Below are positions 39,921-54,795 of a stretch of 64,000 nucleotides of DNA, piece by piece. How positions within the stretch are numbered: the first letter of the stretch is position 1; each line of letters begins with the position of its first letter. The notes beneath the pieces are model-generated. The model was not told the origin of the DNA, ran no database searches, and saw only the letters and a list, made by a program, of their open reading frames with translations. Position numbers and translations under genes: made by a program. The DNA is from Octopus vulgaris (lineage: Eukaryota): positions 206,956,001 through 207,020,000 of the forward strand of contig OX597815.1 in NCBI GenBank assembly GCA_951406725.2, given 5' to 3'.

Positions 39921-40988
39921 TCTGTTTATGTATACCTGTTTAGGAGATGAAATTGTTGTTGAATGAATAACAGAATCTCAACGTATTTGTCCATATTTTC
40001 TGTTTTAATGACATAATCATGGGAAAAGACTAGTGCCCATGACTTATTTCAAAGCTTCCATCACTGGTGGTTAGACGCAAGGTGCCGGAGACATGACACG
40101 AGTGCATGCAATGGAATAAATATCTCTACATGGAGATAAGGCGCAGATGGCGGTATTAAACCGGTGAAGGAATAACTCTAATACCCAATCTGTTTCTCCG
40201 AGAGGTTTTCCTTAAATCAAATTTCAGTATCAAGAGTTTCCGTTATGTTAAAAGATATTTGCTGAAAGTATTACGTAATGGATTTTGGATCTGAAAAGAT
40301 ATAGGTCTAATAGGAACTTCTTAATTACACAGCCATACTTTGAACAATGTGACAATTTGAATTGAAAGGGCCAATATGTAGGAACGCACGAATCCAGAAT
40401 TGCACTTGTCCGTCTGTTTATCAAATATTTTTAGCGACTAATCTCATTTTAGCTTGATATTATTCTCGAGACCAATCCAGTTTGGGTTTGTAACTCGATC
40501 ATCTCATAAAAATAATTGTGTAAATTTGTAAAATTAATACACCGGAAAGATAAGTTGAAAGCGACGGGAATTGTGAAATAATACCACCGATGTTAAAAAA
40601 TTTTTCACACATGTTTTAAAATACATTATATATGTGCCATGTCGTTCGTTGATGAAGGTAGGCCAATTATTGTGCGCGTGTGTGTATATATATACATATG
40701 TGTATGTGTGAATATATGTGTTTGTGTATTTGTATGTCTGTATGTGTTTGCGTGTATGTATGGATATATATATATATAAGCATATCTATAAGTATATATA
40801 TATATATATATATATAGCAATAATAATTCTCTAAAAGGAATATAGACAGTAACTGCTCGACAACATAAGGGACTAAAGCCATCTGAATATGGCTAGGGAC
40901 AGGGCAGGGTGGTGGGGGTGTTACTGTTGCATTTAGCCCCAGGCGAACATCGACGTCACCAGAAAGGCTCGACACCGTCACGGTGCCC

Positions 40989-41021
<33 letters not shown>

Positions 41022-41164
41022 GTATATGTATACTTTGCATGTACCATATGCTCGCCTTGTTTTGTCTTGTGATTTTCGTTTTTTTATTAATTACACACAC
41101 ACACATATATATATATGTACATAAATATGTATACACACACACATACATTCCCACATATGTATTT

Positions 41165-41214
<50 letters not shown>

Positions 41215-41944
41215 ATATACGTATGTGAAACAAGCCACGTATTACTATTTGAACTGATTTGAAAATCAGTGTCAAAGGTGAAACCGATTAAAGCTTTAAA
41301 TATATTAATAAAAATATTTTAACTATTCCGAGTTCTATTTTCAACTTCTATTTTTCCTATATTTCTAGCCGTGTGGAATAGGATAGAGTTGCTTTCTATA
41401 TATATATATATATATATATATCTGTGTGTGTATGTATGTGTGTGTTTCTGTGTATGTATGGATATATATATATGCATATATATAAGTATATCTATCTATG
41501 TATCTATCTATCTAGAGTTCATGCATGTTTTCACTAGCGTAAACACACCCTGGAACATGCACATGCGCACAAACACATGTGTGTATTTGCATGCATGTGT
41601 CTATATGTGTATCAGTAAGTGTATGTGCATGTGTGTATTTGGGTGAGTACGGCATATATTTTCTGTGTGTATATAAATACCTCATCCTATCACTGAATCT
41701 TTTGTTACATCAAAGACTACGGGAGGCTGTGAACATCGTTAATGGTTTTATCGAATCAGTGAGAACCTTACAACTAAACTTAAACAATTTGTTTGAAACG
41801 ATTCCGACATTTCAGGAATCTGTAAACGACAAAAATAAATCTGCAATGGTCTGGAGGAAAATGTTGGCGGCAAGCATTCTTTTGTGGGGTAGAGATTTAA
41901 GACAATTGATAGGTTTAAAGTTAAACGGAAAATATATATACATA

Positions 41945-41959
41945 CTATACATACATACA

Positions 41960-41993
<34 letters not shown>

Positions 41994-42003
41994 AATACAT
42001 ACA

Positions 42004-42037
<34 letters not shown>

Positions 42038-42057
42038 AATACATACATATACATACA

Positions 42058-42091
<34 letters not shown>

Positions 42092-42960
42092 CATACATAC
42101 ATATATAAATACACTGTAGTCAAGAGAGTACCACATACGCACATACATGCATTTATACATACATACACACAAACATACACGTGCATGCATACATACAAAT
42201 ACACATACATACGCACCTACATATACATCTATATACACATCAAAGCAAACATACATACAGGCATTTATACACATGCACCTACATACACAGCTACCTACAC
42301 ACACATATATATATATACATACATACACACATACATAAATGCATGCATACATACATACATACATACATACATACATACATACATACATACATACATACAT
42401 ACATACATACATACATACATACAAACATACATACATACATACATACATACATACATACATACATACATACATACATACAAACATACATACATACATACAC
42501 ACATACATACATACAAACATACATACATACATACATACATACATACATACATACATACAAACATACATACATACATACATAAATGCATGCATACATACAT
42601 ATATACATACATACAAACATACATACATACATACATACATACATACATACATACATACATACATACATACATACATACATACATACATACATACATACAT
42701 ACATACATGCATTCATACATACATACATACATACAAACATACATACATACATACATACATACATACATACATACATACATACACACATACATACATACAT
42801 ACATGCATACATACATACAAACATACATACATACATACATTCATACATACATACATTCATACATACAAATTCATACATACATACATACATACATACATAC
42901 ATACATACATACATACATACATACATACATACATGCATGCATACCTATATACATACATAC
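41945..42960. repeat. (CATA)n satellite arm
   Basis: Direct. Confidence 0.97.
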
Positions 42961-43129
42961 AAACGGAATATTGGTAGAGGAAAAAGTATAAGTGTACGCA
43001 TATAGAGTACAAATGAATTGGTGCAAAGAATGAAGGGAAAATTGTATAGATACGAGCAAAAAAAAAAAATAGGGAATAGAATGTTGAAAGAGAATAAGAA
43101 AGTGATACAGTGAGTGAGTGAGGGAGGAA

Positions 43130-43175
<46 letters not shown>

Positions 43176-43269
43176 GAGAAAAGAGAAAAGTAATATTATG
43201 AGCAAATAGTAAGAGACAAATAGAGCGAAGGAGCGTTACTAATGTGGACGGCTTCAGTAAGTACACAAA

Positions 43270-43806
43270 ATGTATGAATGTATGTATGTATGCATGCATA
43301 CTTGTATGTATGTATGTATGTATGTATGTATGTATGTATGTATGTATGTACGTATGTATGTATGTACGTATGTATGTATGTATGTATGTATGTATGTATG
43401 AATGTATGTATGTATGTATGTAATGTATGTACGTATGTATGTATGTATGCATATATGTATGTATGCATGTATGTATGTATGTATGTATGTATGTAAGTAT
43501 GTATGTATGTATGTATGTATGTATGTTTGTATGTATGTATGTAAGTATGTATGTATGTATGTATGTATGTATGTATGCATATATGTATGTATGTATGTAT
43601 GTATGTTTGTATGTATGTGTGTATGTATGTATGTATGTGTGTATGTATGCATGTATGTATGCATGTATGTATGTATGTATGTATGTGTGTATGTATGTAT
43701 GTATGTATGCATATATGCATACATATATGTATGCATGTATGTATGTATGTATGTATGTATGCATATATGTATGCATGTATGTATGTATGTATGTATGTAT
43801 GTATGC

Positions 43807-43839
<33 letters not shown>

Positions 43840-43956
43840 TGTATGTATGTATGTATGTATGTATGTATGTATTTATGAATGTATGTATGTATATATGTAT
43901 GTATGTATGTATGATGTATGTATGTATGTATGTATATATGTATGTATGTATGTATT

Positions 43957-43990
<34 letters not shown>

Positions 43991-45102
43991 TGTATGTATG
44001 TATGTATGTATGTATGTATGTATGTATGTATGTGTGTATGTATGCATGCATACTTGTATGTATGTATATATGTATGTATGTATATATGTATGCGTGCATT
44101 TATGTATGTGTGTATGTATGTATATGTATGTGTAAGTAGCTGTGTATGTAGGTGCATGTGTATAAATGCCTGCATGTATGTTTGCGTAGAAGTGTATGTA
44201 GATGTATATGTAGGTGCGTATGTATGTGTATTTGTATGTATGCATGCACGTGTATGTTTGTGTGTATGTATGTATAAATGCATATATGTGCGTATATGGT
44301 ACTCTCTTGACTACAGAGTATATATATATATACGTATGTATGGTATGTATATATATGTATCTGTGTATGTACGTACGCACATAAGTATGTATTATGTCTG
44401 CATGTGTATGCATGTATGTAAGCGTGTATGCATGTGTGTATGTACATGTGCATGTGTGTATATGTATATGTGTGTGTGTATGTGTGTATGTACGTACGTA
44501 CGTATGTATGTATGTATGTATGTATGTATGTATGTATGTATGTATGTATGTATGTATGTATGTATGTATGTATGCATGCATGTATGTATGTATGTATGTA
44601 CGTACATACGTATGTATGTATGTATGTATGTATGTATGTATGTATGTACGTACGTACGTACGTATGTATGTATGTATGTATATATGTATGTAAGTACGTA
44701 TGTATGTACGTATGCATGTATGTATGTAAGTATGTATGTATGTATGTATGTATGTATGTATGTATGTATGTATGTACGTATGCATGTATGTATGTATGTA
44801 TGTATGTATGTATGTATGTATGTATGCATGCATGTATGTATGTATGTATGTATGTATCTATGTATGTATGTATGTATGTATGTACGTATGTATGTATGTA
44901 TGTATGTATGTATGTATGTATGTATGTACGTATGCATGTATGTATGTATGTATGTATGTATGTATGTATGTATGTACGTATGTATGTATGTATGTATGTA
45001 TGTATGTATGTATGTATGTATGTATGTATGTATGTATGTATGTATGTATGTATGTATGTATGTATGTATGTATGTATGTATGTATGTATGTATGTATGTA
45101 TG
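43270..45102. repeat. (TATG)n satellite arm, inverted relative to 41945-42960
   Basis: Direct; the complex block 42110-42345 is mirrored at 44090-44320. Confidence 0.97.
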
Positions 45103-45849
45103 TGGTACTTTCTTGACTGGCGTGCAGCCATGTGTGCGTTACACTTTTTCTGCGTGTCTGGATATCCGTGAGAATCTCAAAACGTTTTGTGTGGGTAAAT
45201 CGCTATGTTACTAAACCTAATGCTTAAAAGGAATTTACCCCAATCAAGAACCCACCCCTGGTAGCAAGCTTGCAAATTGGGGGCAGTTTCACAGAAATCG
45301 GGCGTAATAATTGCGAGAAATGACCTCATTATTACAATATGGGCCTTGCATTTTACTGAGAATTAAAATTCCGAAATGAATATCCGTAAAGAATAAAATG
45401 AGACGCCAACATGCACAAACACACGCACACACACACGCACACACGCACACACACACGCACACACACACGCACACACACACGCATACACACACGCATGCAT
45501 ATGCGCGCGCGCATATTTGATAAAATATGAAACATAATTTTATAATACAATTCTATGATACTATTAAACACATTCTGTTATACTGTACTATTAAAGTACA
45601 GATAAATATGTATTTGACCCGAGTATCTCTAATATAAAAATAAATCTAATGAGTAGAAAAAAGAAGTGCACACACAGACACAGACACACGCACACACACA
45701 CACACATGCACACACACACACACATGCACACATACACACACACACACATTATCCTTATGGTTGTGTATTCCTATTTCATTCACTCATTTACAGGTATCCA
45801 GTTTTTGCACTCAACCTAACTTTCAACATTTTTGAGAAATTTATGAGTA

Positions 45850-46410
45850 TAGACGCCTGGAGTGGCTGTGTGGTAAGTAGCTTGCTCACCAGCCACATGG
45901 TTCTGGGTTCATCCCCACTGCTTGGCACCTTGGGCAAGTGTCTTCTGCTATAGCCTGGGGCCGACCAAAGCCTGAACGAAGCCTGTCGTATATATGTTTA
46001 TGTATATATATATATATATGTGTGTGTTTGTCCCCACCCCAACATTTCTTGACAACCGATGCTGGTGTGTTTACGTCCCCGTAACTAAGCGGTTCGGCAA
46101 TATGTATATATACCTAGAAGACTTACACACCTATAAATATGTATATATAAATGTGTGTGTATGTACATTCCTTACAACCGATGCTGGTGTGTTTACGTCC
46201 CCGTAACTAAGCGGTTCGGCAATATGTATATATACATAGAAGACTTACATACCTATAAATATGTATATATAAATGTGTGTGTATGTACATTCTTGACAAC
46301 CGATGCTGGTGTGTTTACGTCCCCGTAACTAAGCGTTTCGGCAATATGTATATGTACATAGAAGACTTACATACCTATAAATATGTATATATAAATGTGT
46401 GTGTATGTAG
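45850..46410 (+). repeat. SINE type B head followed by 3 x ~122-bp tandem unit (SINE internal segment + flank)
   Basis: cttgacaaccgatgctggtgtgtttacgtccccgtaactaagcgg...agaagacttaca at about 46048, 46171, 46292. Confidence 0.88.
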
Positions 46411-46867
46411 AGTTACATTTATATATATGCACATATATATGTACATATGTGTATATATACATTTTTATATATACATATGTATATATAGCCATGTATACGA
46501 GTCTGTGTTTGTGTATGTGTGCATACACATACGCTTACATCAATGCATTCCTAAACAACCAAAAATACTTGTGTTTTTTTTTAGCTCCAAATGGAAAAAT
46601 AATTTGTATTTTACAGATAGATTTCTAAGGCTTATTCATAATATTGAGTTTCGGAACCGAAACATTCGCAACATAATCACTTACATATTTAAAATTTCAA
46701 GTAATGATTATTTACATTGTAATGAATGCAAGTGTGTATGTATGTATGTATGTATGTATGTATGTATGTATGTATGTATGTATGTATGTATGTATGCATG
46801 CATGCATGTATGTATGACGAATGCATGTATATATGTGTACATTCAAATATGTATGTATATATCTATA

Positions 46868-46911
<44 letters not shown>

Positions 46912-46923
46912 TACATACATACA

Positions 46924-46956
<33 letters not shown>

Positions 46957-47524
46957 GTATACAACAAATACCACACACACCGAAATACATTACATATCTA
47001 TTTGCCAAAATATCCATCTCTCCCTATGTGTGAGTGTATTAATATATATATATATATTGAGTATATGATTTAAGTTTAACAAATTCAGTTATATTTTTCG
47101 TAAATGGAAGAGATTAGATGTTAATATGGAATATAATATTTTTTATTCATTTCGCTATACGATCGTTTCGTACAGAAAGACAATAAATTCATTTTAAGAA
47201 TCTGAGTTGTCCAAGAGTACTCATCAGTAGCACAATAAGAAAAAAATATAATAAAAACTAAATATAGAAAAAAGGTGACTTTAGAATTACGTGTGTTTTG
47301 TGTTCTTAATATTTTTTGTAGTGTGTAATTGCCCATTACAAAAAAAAACATGTATGAACAGCAAAATGAATGCAACATATTCTATCCCATATTAACATAT
47401 AATATCCTCCATTTACGAAAAATAGGATTGAATTTGTCGAACTTCTTTCTATAATTTAAATCATATAATTAATATACTTATATAATCTTTCATATCTACA
47501 CACAAAGTATGTATGTATGTATGC

Positions 47525-47860
47525 ATGTCTCTTCGATTTTTAACTATTATAAATCTTCTAGTGAGGAGGGAGCCGGTTTCCAACAAAGATACACGACACC
47601 ATCGTTGGGATGTAGTTGACACAGACAAATTCACACTTGGAACCTGAGAAAAGTCTTGCATATTTTTACTGTTCCACTTACAGATTGGACTTGTAATGTA
47701 CGAATCAGCCGATCAATTTCTCTTTCACAAAATCCCAGTTTATCCAGATTCTCCTTTAAGCATTTACTAACAAAGCCTAGTGCTCCAATTATTATTGGTA
47801 TGAATATGAATTCATAGTCCGGATATAGAATCTGGAGGTTTCGAAGCAGGTGTCCATAAT
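47525..47860 (-). mobile_element. 3' end of an R4/Dong-like (RLE-type) non-LTR retrotransposon
   Basis: Open frame YGHLLRNLQILYPDYEFIFIPIIIGALGFVSKCLKENLDKLG...LQVQSVSGTVKICKTFLRFQV* (stop at 47631-47633); not in the ORF track because it has no start codon. Confidence 0.75.
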
Positions 47861-48006
47861 GTGTATATGTATGTATGTATGTATGTGTAAACTTGCTACA
47901 GCGCTAAATAAATAATTATCCAATATTCTGAGCACCAATTTTTTAATATATAAAATTGTACATCACTTCAAACGATCTATACATACATATATGCATACAT
48001 ACATAG

Positions 48007-48071
<65 letters not shown>

Positions 48072-48432
48072 AATACTATGGGAATTTATTTTCTGTTCAT
48101 ATATAAAAACTTCATTCTTTGGTGAAAATCTTTTCACCTACAAGAATAATGGGTGAACACTGTCATTAAAGTTATGGTATTAGTGAAAAATTACTACTTA
48201 GCATCGGAAAACAAATAAAATTTCAAAAGGTCTATGAATTTGCCAGCAACAAAGTAGATGAAATTATTTATAAACTCGTTGACAGTTCTCTTGATGGTGT
48301 ATAAGAGGATTTTGAACTAAAGAACAAAACGCGAATACTAATGGAGGAAATGTGAAGCAAAAATAAGGGTAAACAGTCGGGTAGAACATGACAGGGAGAT
48401 TGTATATTGAAGAATGAGAAATAGTTTAGAAC

Positions 48433-48481
<49 letters not shown>

Positions 48482-49369
48482 CAGATAGAAGACAAACAGA
48501 CGGGGAGAAATAAAGGGAGGTAGAGAAAGAGGGAGAGAGGGAAGATAGTGTGAGACAAATAGAGCAAGTGAAAATTGCTGATGTAGACGGCTGCCGTAAG
48601 AAGAGAATAAGTATATGTATGATGCGTTTTTGACAAGAGTGCAGTCATGTATATGGTGTGCATATTTCTGCGTGTTTGGATATCCATGAGAATTTGAGCA
48701 TCATTGAATGAGTAAATTACGACATTACTGAAGTTAATGTTTTTTTCGTTAGGGTATATACCCCCAATAATTGCCTCAGAAAATAAAGTAGCATATTTTA
48801 GGACAGTACAAGAGAAAGCGGTCATTAGTAAATATGACCCCTGTCATATAAAAAATTACTTCCCATTTCCCCATTTTCCCATTTGTTAAACACAATAATG
48901 AAATGGGTGCCAATAGAAGATGTGTCTGTTATTTTTTCTTTACCAACATTCGAGAACATATTTCAGTACAACAACGAGAATTTGCTGCACACGCAAGAAC
49001 ACACTCACACACACACACACATACACACACGCACACACACACACACACACACGCACACACACATACACACTCATGAATGCTGTGTATATATAAATATATA
49101 TAAGTACATACGTATGTATAACCGGGCAGTGCACATTGTGTTACATTTAATAATTTCGCATCTGTACAGCTCTTCAAAATATGTTTTATAATATATGCTC
49201 TTCATTCTATTTGTACGCAAAAGTTTATGTACTTCTATAGAGACATATCTTCATACATAGATGCATAGATGTCCATGTCATTTACTACATTGATGCCATT
49301 TGCATAGATACTATTTACTACATAGATTTGACAAAAGGGAGGAAAGAGTTTAGATGTTCGCGGGAGAGT

Positions 49370-49792
49370 GAGATTGCACCGATACAGTCAATATAATTCA
49401 GGATTATAGTTCAGGAGTGGGACCAGTGAAACTTGAGAATATTTGGGCCTCAACGTAGCCAACGAACAGGTTCGCATAGTTGGGGCCCATTCTCGTTCCC
49501 ATGGCCACTCCCGACAATTGGTAAAAATCACCCACGAACGAGAAGCAGTTAAATGAGAAGACAAGTTCGGCCAGACGAATGAGTGTGGATGTGTCAGGTT
49601 CGGGGTTGGGTCGAAGGTCAAGGAAGTGTTGGAGTGCACGCAGCCCCTCGTGGTGAGAGATCACCCATTGTCAGAGATCACCGTCTTGACATCAAAAGTC
49701 TTCTTGATGTCAAGAGTGAAGAGAAGTTTAGAGGGGCCAGGAGAGAAGGAGAAAGAGTTGAACAAACGAAGAACATAGCTGGTGTCATGGAT

Positions 49793-49795
<3 letters not shown>
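49370..49795 (-). pseudogene. PLE RT core fragment (Neptune-type)
   Basis: HHEGLRALQHFL..RP...TLIRLAELV...NCFSF...GVAMGTRMGPNYANLFVGYVE, followed by a YID-like motif. Confidence 0.85.
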
Positions 49796-49828
<33 letters not shown>

Positions 49829-49875
49829 AATGTGTGTGTGTAAATATATATATATATATGTAGATATTTATGTAC

Positions 49876-49919
<44 letters not shown>

Positions 49920-50461
49920 ATGTAAATTCTGTACGACTCACTCTTTCTTTCAACCCCTTCACACTTACTTCGTTCTTCCCCCCTTTCTTTTTCTCGTTCA
50001 CCCTCTCTCATATTTCTTGGCCTTCCCTTCATTCTCACCTTCCCTCCTCTTTTACCTCACTCCGTCCCTATTTATATTTATATAGCTACACACACGAATA
50101 GACACATTTACACACATAGATGCATGTAGGTTCGTACAAACGTATATATGAATTGGAACATATTTATACAGCTATATGCGAACGTCAATATCACAGAGCA
50201 CTGTTAAGCTCCTGTAAAGCCAAATCCCAGCTGGAATTTCATCCCTGATTACACTAATCCCTTTCAGTTATTCTTCATTTCTGCAATGTCTTAGCTAGGA
50301 ATGTTACCAACCAGACTGGTGCTTTAGTGTTACCAGTTATTTAATTTTTTTATTAGTTAATGTGTAAATGTGCACATGAAAATATGGGCAAAGTATGTTT
50401 ATGCACACATTTGCACTTTAGCTCGTAGAAGAAAGCGTGAAAAATGCAGAATATACGAATA

Positions 50462-50771
50462 TCACGTGATCACGTGACCGACCAGACCATCAGATGTAGT
50501 TACACATCGCTGGTCACAATGCGTTCGCATTGTTTTAGCCTTCGAATGAGGCCACCCCGCTGCCTAAGCGAGCAGGCCGACAGAAGAAAGAGTGGGAGAA
50601 AGTTGTGGCGAAAGAGTACTGCAGGGATCGTCACCACCCCCTGCCGGAGCCTCGTGGAGCTTTTAGGTGTTTTCGCTCAATAAACACTCACAACGCCCGG
50701 TCTGGGAATCGAAACCGCGATCCTGCGACCGCGAGTCCGCTGCCCTAACCACTGGGCCATTGCGCCTCCAC
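50462..50771 (-). mobile_element. tRNA-derived SINE type C with 12-bp TSD
   Basis: TSD atatacgaatat on both sides; intact A/B boxes. Confidence 0.9.
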
Positions 50772-50822
50772 ATATACGAATATAAAGAGAGAGAAACAGC
50801 GTAATTTTGGAAATATTTCTGT

Positions 50823-50948
50823 ATATGAAGGAGTGCTGAAAAGTTCCTGGCTTTGGGTAAAAGAAAATACAGGAGAATCAGTTAATTATTATTTTATACC
50901 ACATATTCCCCTCTCAGAGTCACATACTTATTGCAGGGGTCATTCAGT
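50823..50948. mobile_element. Single end of a mariner-type element
   Basis: ta-tgaaggagtgctgaaaagttcctggcttt resembles mariner TIR starts; partner TIR not found. Confidence 0.5.
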
Positions 50949-50957
50949 ATTTCAGTA

Positions 50958-51345
50958 TTGGCAGAAACGTTAATGCGCCGGACGAAATGCGTAGCCGTAT
51001 TTCGTCTGCCGTTACGTTCTGAGTTCAAATTCCACCGAGGTCGACTTTGCCTTTCATCCTTTCGGCGTGGATTAAATAAGTGCCAGTTACGCACTGGGGT
51101 CGATATAATCGACTTAATCCGTTTCTCTGTCCTTGTTTGTCCTCTCTGTGTTTAGTCCCTTGTGGGTAGTAAAGAAATGGGTATTTCGTCTGCTGTTATG
51201 TTCTGAGTACAAATTCTGTCGAGTTCGACTTTGCCTTTCATCCTTTCGGGGTCGATAAATTAAGTGTCAGTTGCATACTGGGTCGATCTAATCGACTGGC
51301 CACCTCCCGCAAAATTTCGGGCCTTGTGCCTAGAGTAGAAAAGAT
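50958..51345 (+). mobile_element. Meta-domain SINE: head + (Meta+tail A) + (Meta+tail B)
   Basis: Junction aaagaaatgggtatttcgtctgc at about 51171-51193, as in the 8-kb array. Confidence 0.88.
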
Positions 51346-51528
51346 TAACGTAACAATTAAAATTGACTCACGTTTAATAACAAAACATACCTATCTCTAA
51401 ATAGTACTTTTATTCAGAATATCAAAAATTCCAGAAATATTATTTTCTACTAATTTCCGGAGATAACCAGTTTATTTATGCGAAGAACGGTAAATGCAAC
51501 GCTAATCTCATATCGTTATCGGTTTTAT

Positions 51529-51759
51529 TATTTCTTTATTGTCCACAAGGGGCTAAACACAAAGAGGACAAACAAGGACAGACAAACGGATTAAGTCGAT
51601 TACATCGACCTCAGTGCGTAACTGGCACTTAATTTATCGACCCCGAAAGGATGAAAGGCAAAGTCGACTTCGGCGGAATTTGAACTCAGAACAAGCGGCA
51701 GACGAAAGACCACTAAGCATTTCGCCCGGCGTGCTAACGTTTCTGCCAGTTCGCCGTCT
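51529..51759 (-). mobile_element. Meta-domain SINE with TSD
   Basis: TSD tcgtta(t/c)cggtttt. Confidence 0.9.
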
Positions 51760-52674
51760 TTCGTTACCGGTTTTCTGGCGTTTCATTTCCTCTGTCTTAA
51801 TCGATTACATAATTAAAGAAACTGACTTTACATAAAGAGGTTTTTGAAAGTAATTTGAAGGCTCTCTGGGTAAGAATATGGAATGAATCTTTGTTTTTTT
51901 TTGTTTTTTTATTAAGAAATCAACACCACTCTGTAAAATTCTTTCTGAAGATTACGATCAATCAGCTCATCTGACTCGACATCTTTCATTCCTGTGAGAT
52001 TGTTGATAATGAGTTTATGGTATAATTCTTCTGGAAAGTAGTGGATATAGTGATACTTCAAGCTGTTCAGCTGTGATCTGATATCTGCACTTTTTCGGAT
52101 ACCGTACCAGTTGCTTTTCCAAAGACATGATCCAAGTTTAAAATTTGCATTATATGAACAAATTCTTGGTTTCTATAAATCTTGCCTCAAATGCATAGTT
52201 AAGAATAAGTCCACGCAAGAGTAGCCTCACTTAATTGAATACTCAGAGTCGAAACCATTTTCAGCAGCTGTGGACAAGCAGTGATTCTGTACTCTGTGTT
52301 GCAACACGTATGAGTCTAACAACCTCAATATCTTTTTGCAAAATCATTTCTAGGATTTCATTGATGGGTTTCGCAGCTAACATATATCTATAAAAAACAT
52401 AGTGAGTTACTATCATGTGAAGTGCTTTTTATTTTACAAATACAGTAAAGCTTGCTCTTAACATGGATGCAGCTCAATAAGTTCGAATTTAAGTATTTCA
52501 CATTGAAGAACAAGCTCGCATGATTTATATGAGATTGTTACTTTCTAAAAAAAAAAAAAAAAAACAGAAATGAAAAGAAGAAACAATAAACTTTGAGGTA
52601 GTTGGAGGAAGGAAGTTCACCTTCCAATTTTTTTTCTCATCAGTACCGGACAAAGACGAGCGGTTGTGAAATAC

Positions 52675-52878
52675 GGCTTCAAATTTTGGCACAAGGCCGG
52701 CAATTTTGGGAGTAATGAGTAAGTCGATTGCATCAACTGGTGTTTATTTTATAGACCTCAAAATGATGAAAAGCAAAGTCAATCTTTGCGAAATTTTAAC
52801 ATAGAAAGTAAAGCCGGACAAAATACCGTTAAGCATTTCGTCCGGCGTGCTAACGATTCTGCCAGCTCGCCGCTTTAA
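52675..52878 (-). mobile_element. Meta-domain SINE (tail B) with TSD
   Basis: TSD agc(g/a)gttgtgaaata. Confidence 0.8.
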
Positions 52879-53212
52879 GCAGTTGTGAAATATTAACAAT
52901 ATCGCATAATTCACTAAATTTCTTACAGTGATTTGACCAGGTCAATAATGTGTCGACAAATTTCTTATGGTATTTCACCGAATTGTTTTATGTGATGAGA
53001 AATTCTTTTAAAATCATGTATTGATTATTGATTCTTTTCCAGATATATTCAACTCTCTCTGAGTCACAAGGTCGCATCAACTTCCCGGTAATATCTTGTA
53101 GATTCTCTGCATCTGCTATTCTCTTTACTTCAGTATACGAATCTGAACACATGTTTCCTATGATTTTATTAGAAAAGAACTTTCAAACATGATACATTTA
53201 TCTGCTAACGAG

Positions 53213-53440
53213 TAATCATCATTGTTCGGCCGTGGTCGAGACAATGGAATTTACCATGCTACGCCAGACTTCACGGTCCATCATAGCATTACGGAGGTCC
53301 TGTTGCTGGATGCCTGTATCCCTGAAGATTACATCAGGGTAGGAGAGTGTGCGCCCTCTGGTATTGCGAGTAGATGGGTTCCAGAGGAGAAGAGTAGAAA
53401 TTGCCTCGTTTTCAGCTCTACAACAATGTCTACGATTACC
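53213..53440 (-). mobile_element. 3' end of an RTE-clade LINE
   Basis: Minus frame LLLWNPSTRNTRGRTLSYPDVIFRDTGIQQQDLRNAMMDREVWRSMV...**, ending in a TGA-repeat tail. Confidence 0.75.
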
Positions 53441-54476
53441 CCAGGTGGTTAATTTTACCTTAAATGAGAATCTTTGACCTAAATAAATCCATATACATTT
53501 GTTTCAGGACGAAAATTCATACTCAAAAATAAAAATTAGCAGTTGAAGAAAATTTCCTTCTTTTTTATGTCTCTGAGACCCTTTGCAGATACATAAGCGT
53601 TATACATCCCATTTATCATTAACCTTAGATATGATGTTCCAGTACTAATTATATGTAAGCCATTAATGTTTTGGCTAAGTGCTTTGAGCTAATTGGTACA
53701 GACCTAATCAGTTTTCTAGATAACTTTATAGATCAATGATTTAGTTATTTATATAATACCAAAAGAGTAATAAAAAAAAAACAATATGCTATCTCACTCC
53801 AACTTAACGAGATGTTGCTTAACTTCTATCATCTAACAGCAATCTTCTAGTTACAGAGACTATTAATGGCCTTCATCAGAAAAGTAGTCAGCGTCTCTCA
53901 AGTAATTTACAATTGGAGATGAAAGAAACTCGTTTCACGAAGAAATTAGCGCAAATCCGTATAGAGATGCCAGAGTCAGCCTTGAAAATAACATATCATG
54001 AATACTACCGTGTCATCATTATCGGAATGGTAACTGGGCAATATATAGAGAAGACGAGTATTCGCAGTTTCAACAAAGTACAGTTACTAGATGAACGTTT
54101 TGTAGTTACGTAGCGCCAATTTAACGTTTGCGCTATTTTTCTTATTCTCTATTATTCTATTTTATTTTTTTCAGTATTGAGTGTGTTCTATGTTTTTAGT
54201 TTTTGTTTTTGCGCATCTTTTCTTGCATTTATGTCAAAAAATTAGTTCATGAACAAAACTTTCTCTCTGAAGCGTTAAATGATAAGAGCGATCAACATAT
54301 GTAGACGATGCAAAATTACTGGAATAGATTAACCTTGCATTGTAGAGCAACACGATACAGTAAGTTAAATTCTTTGCCGCAACTTTCGAGCATTGTGTTC
54401 GGCAGCTGAGCAGGTTGTTCTATGGCGTATTAATGTCCTTCATACTTACAGCAATACAAACGCAATCTCTCCTTCC

Positions 54477-54577
<101 letters not shown>

Positions 54578-54732
54578 TCACACACACACACATGCACATG
54601 TGTGCATATTTGTGCAAACGCACTCATATACATACACGTAGACATATATATATATATATATGTATATATACGCATGTATATATTTTTTCTTTCTGTGTGT
54701 CTGTGGGCATATGTATGTATGACATATGTATG

Positions 54733-54795
<63 letters not shown>

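Noticed and set aside
51850-53200. Coding-like minus-strand stretch, possibly a fossil transposase
   Set aside because: Frames are broken and I found no diagnostic motif; TBLASTX is needed
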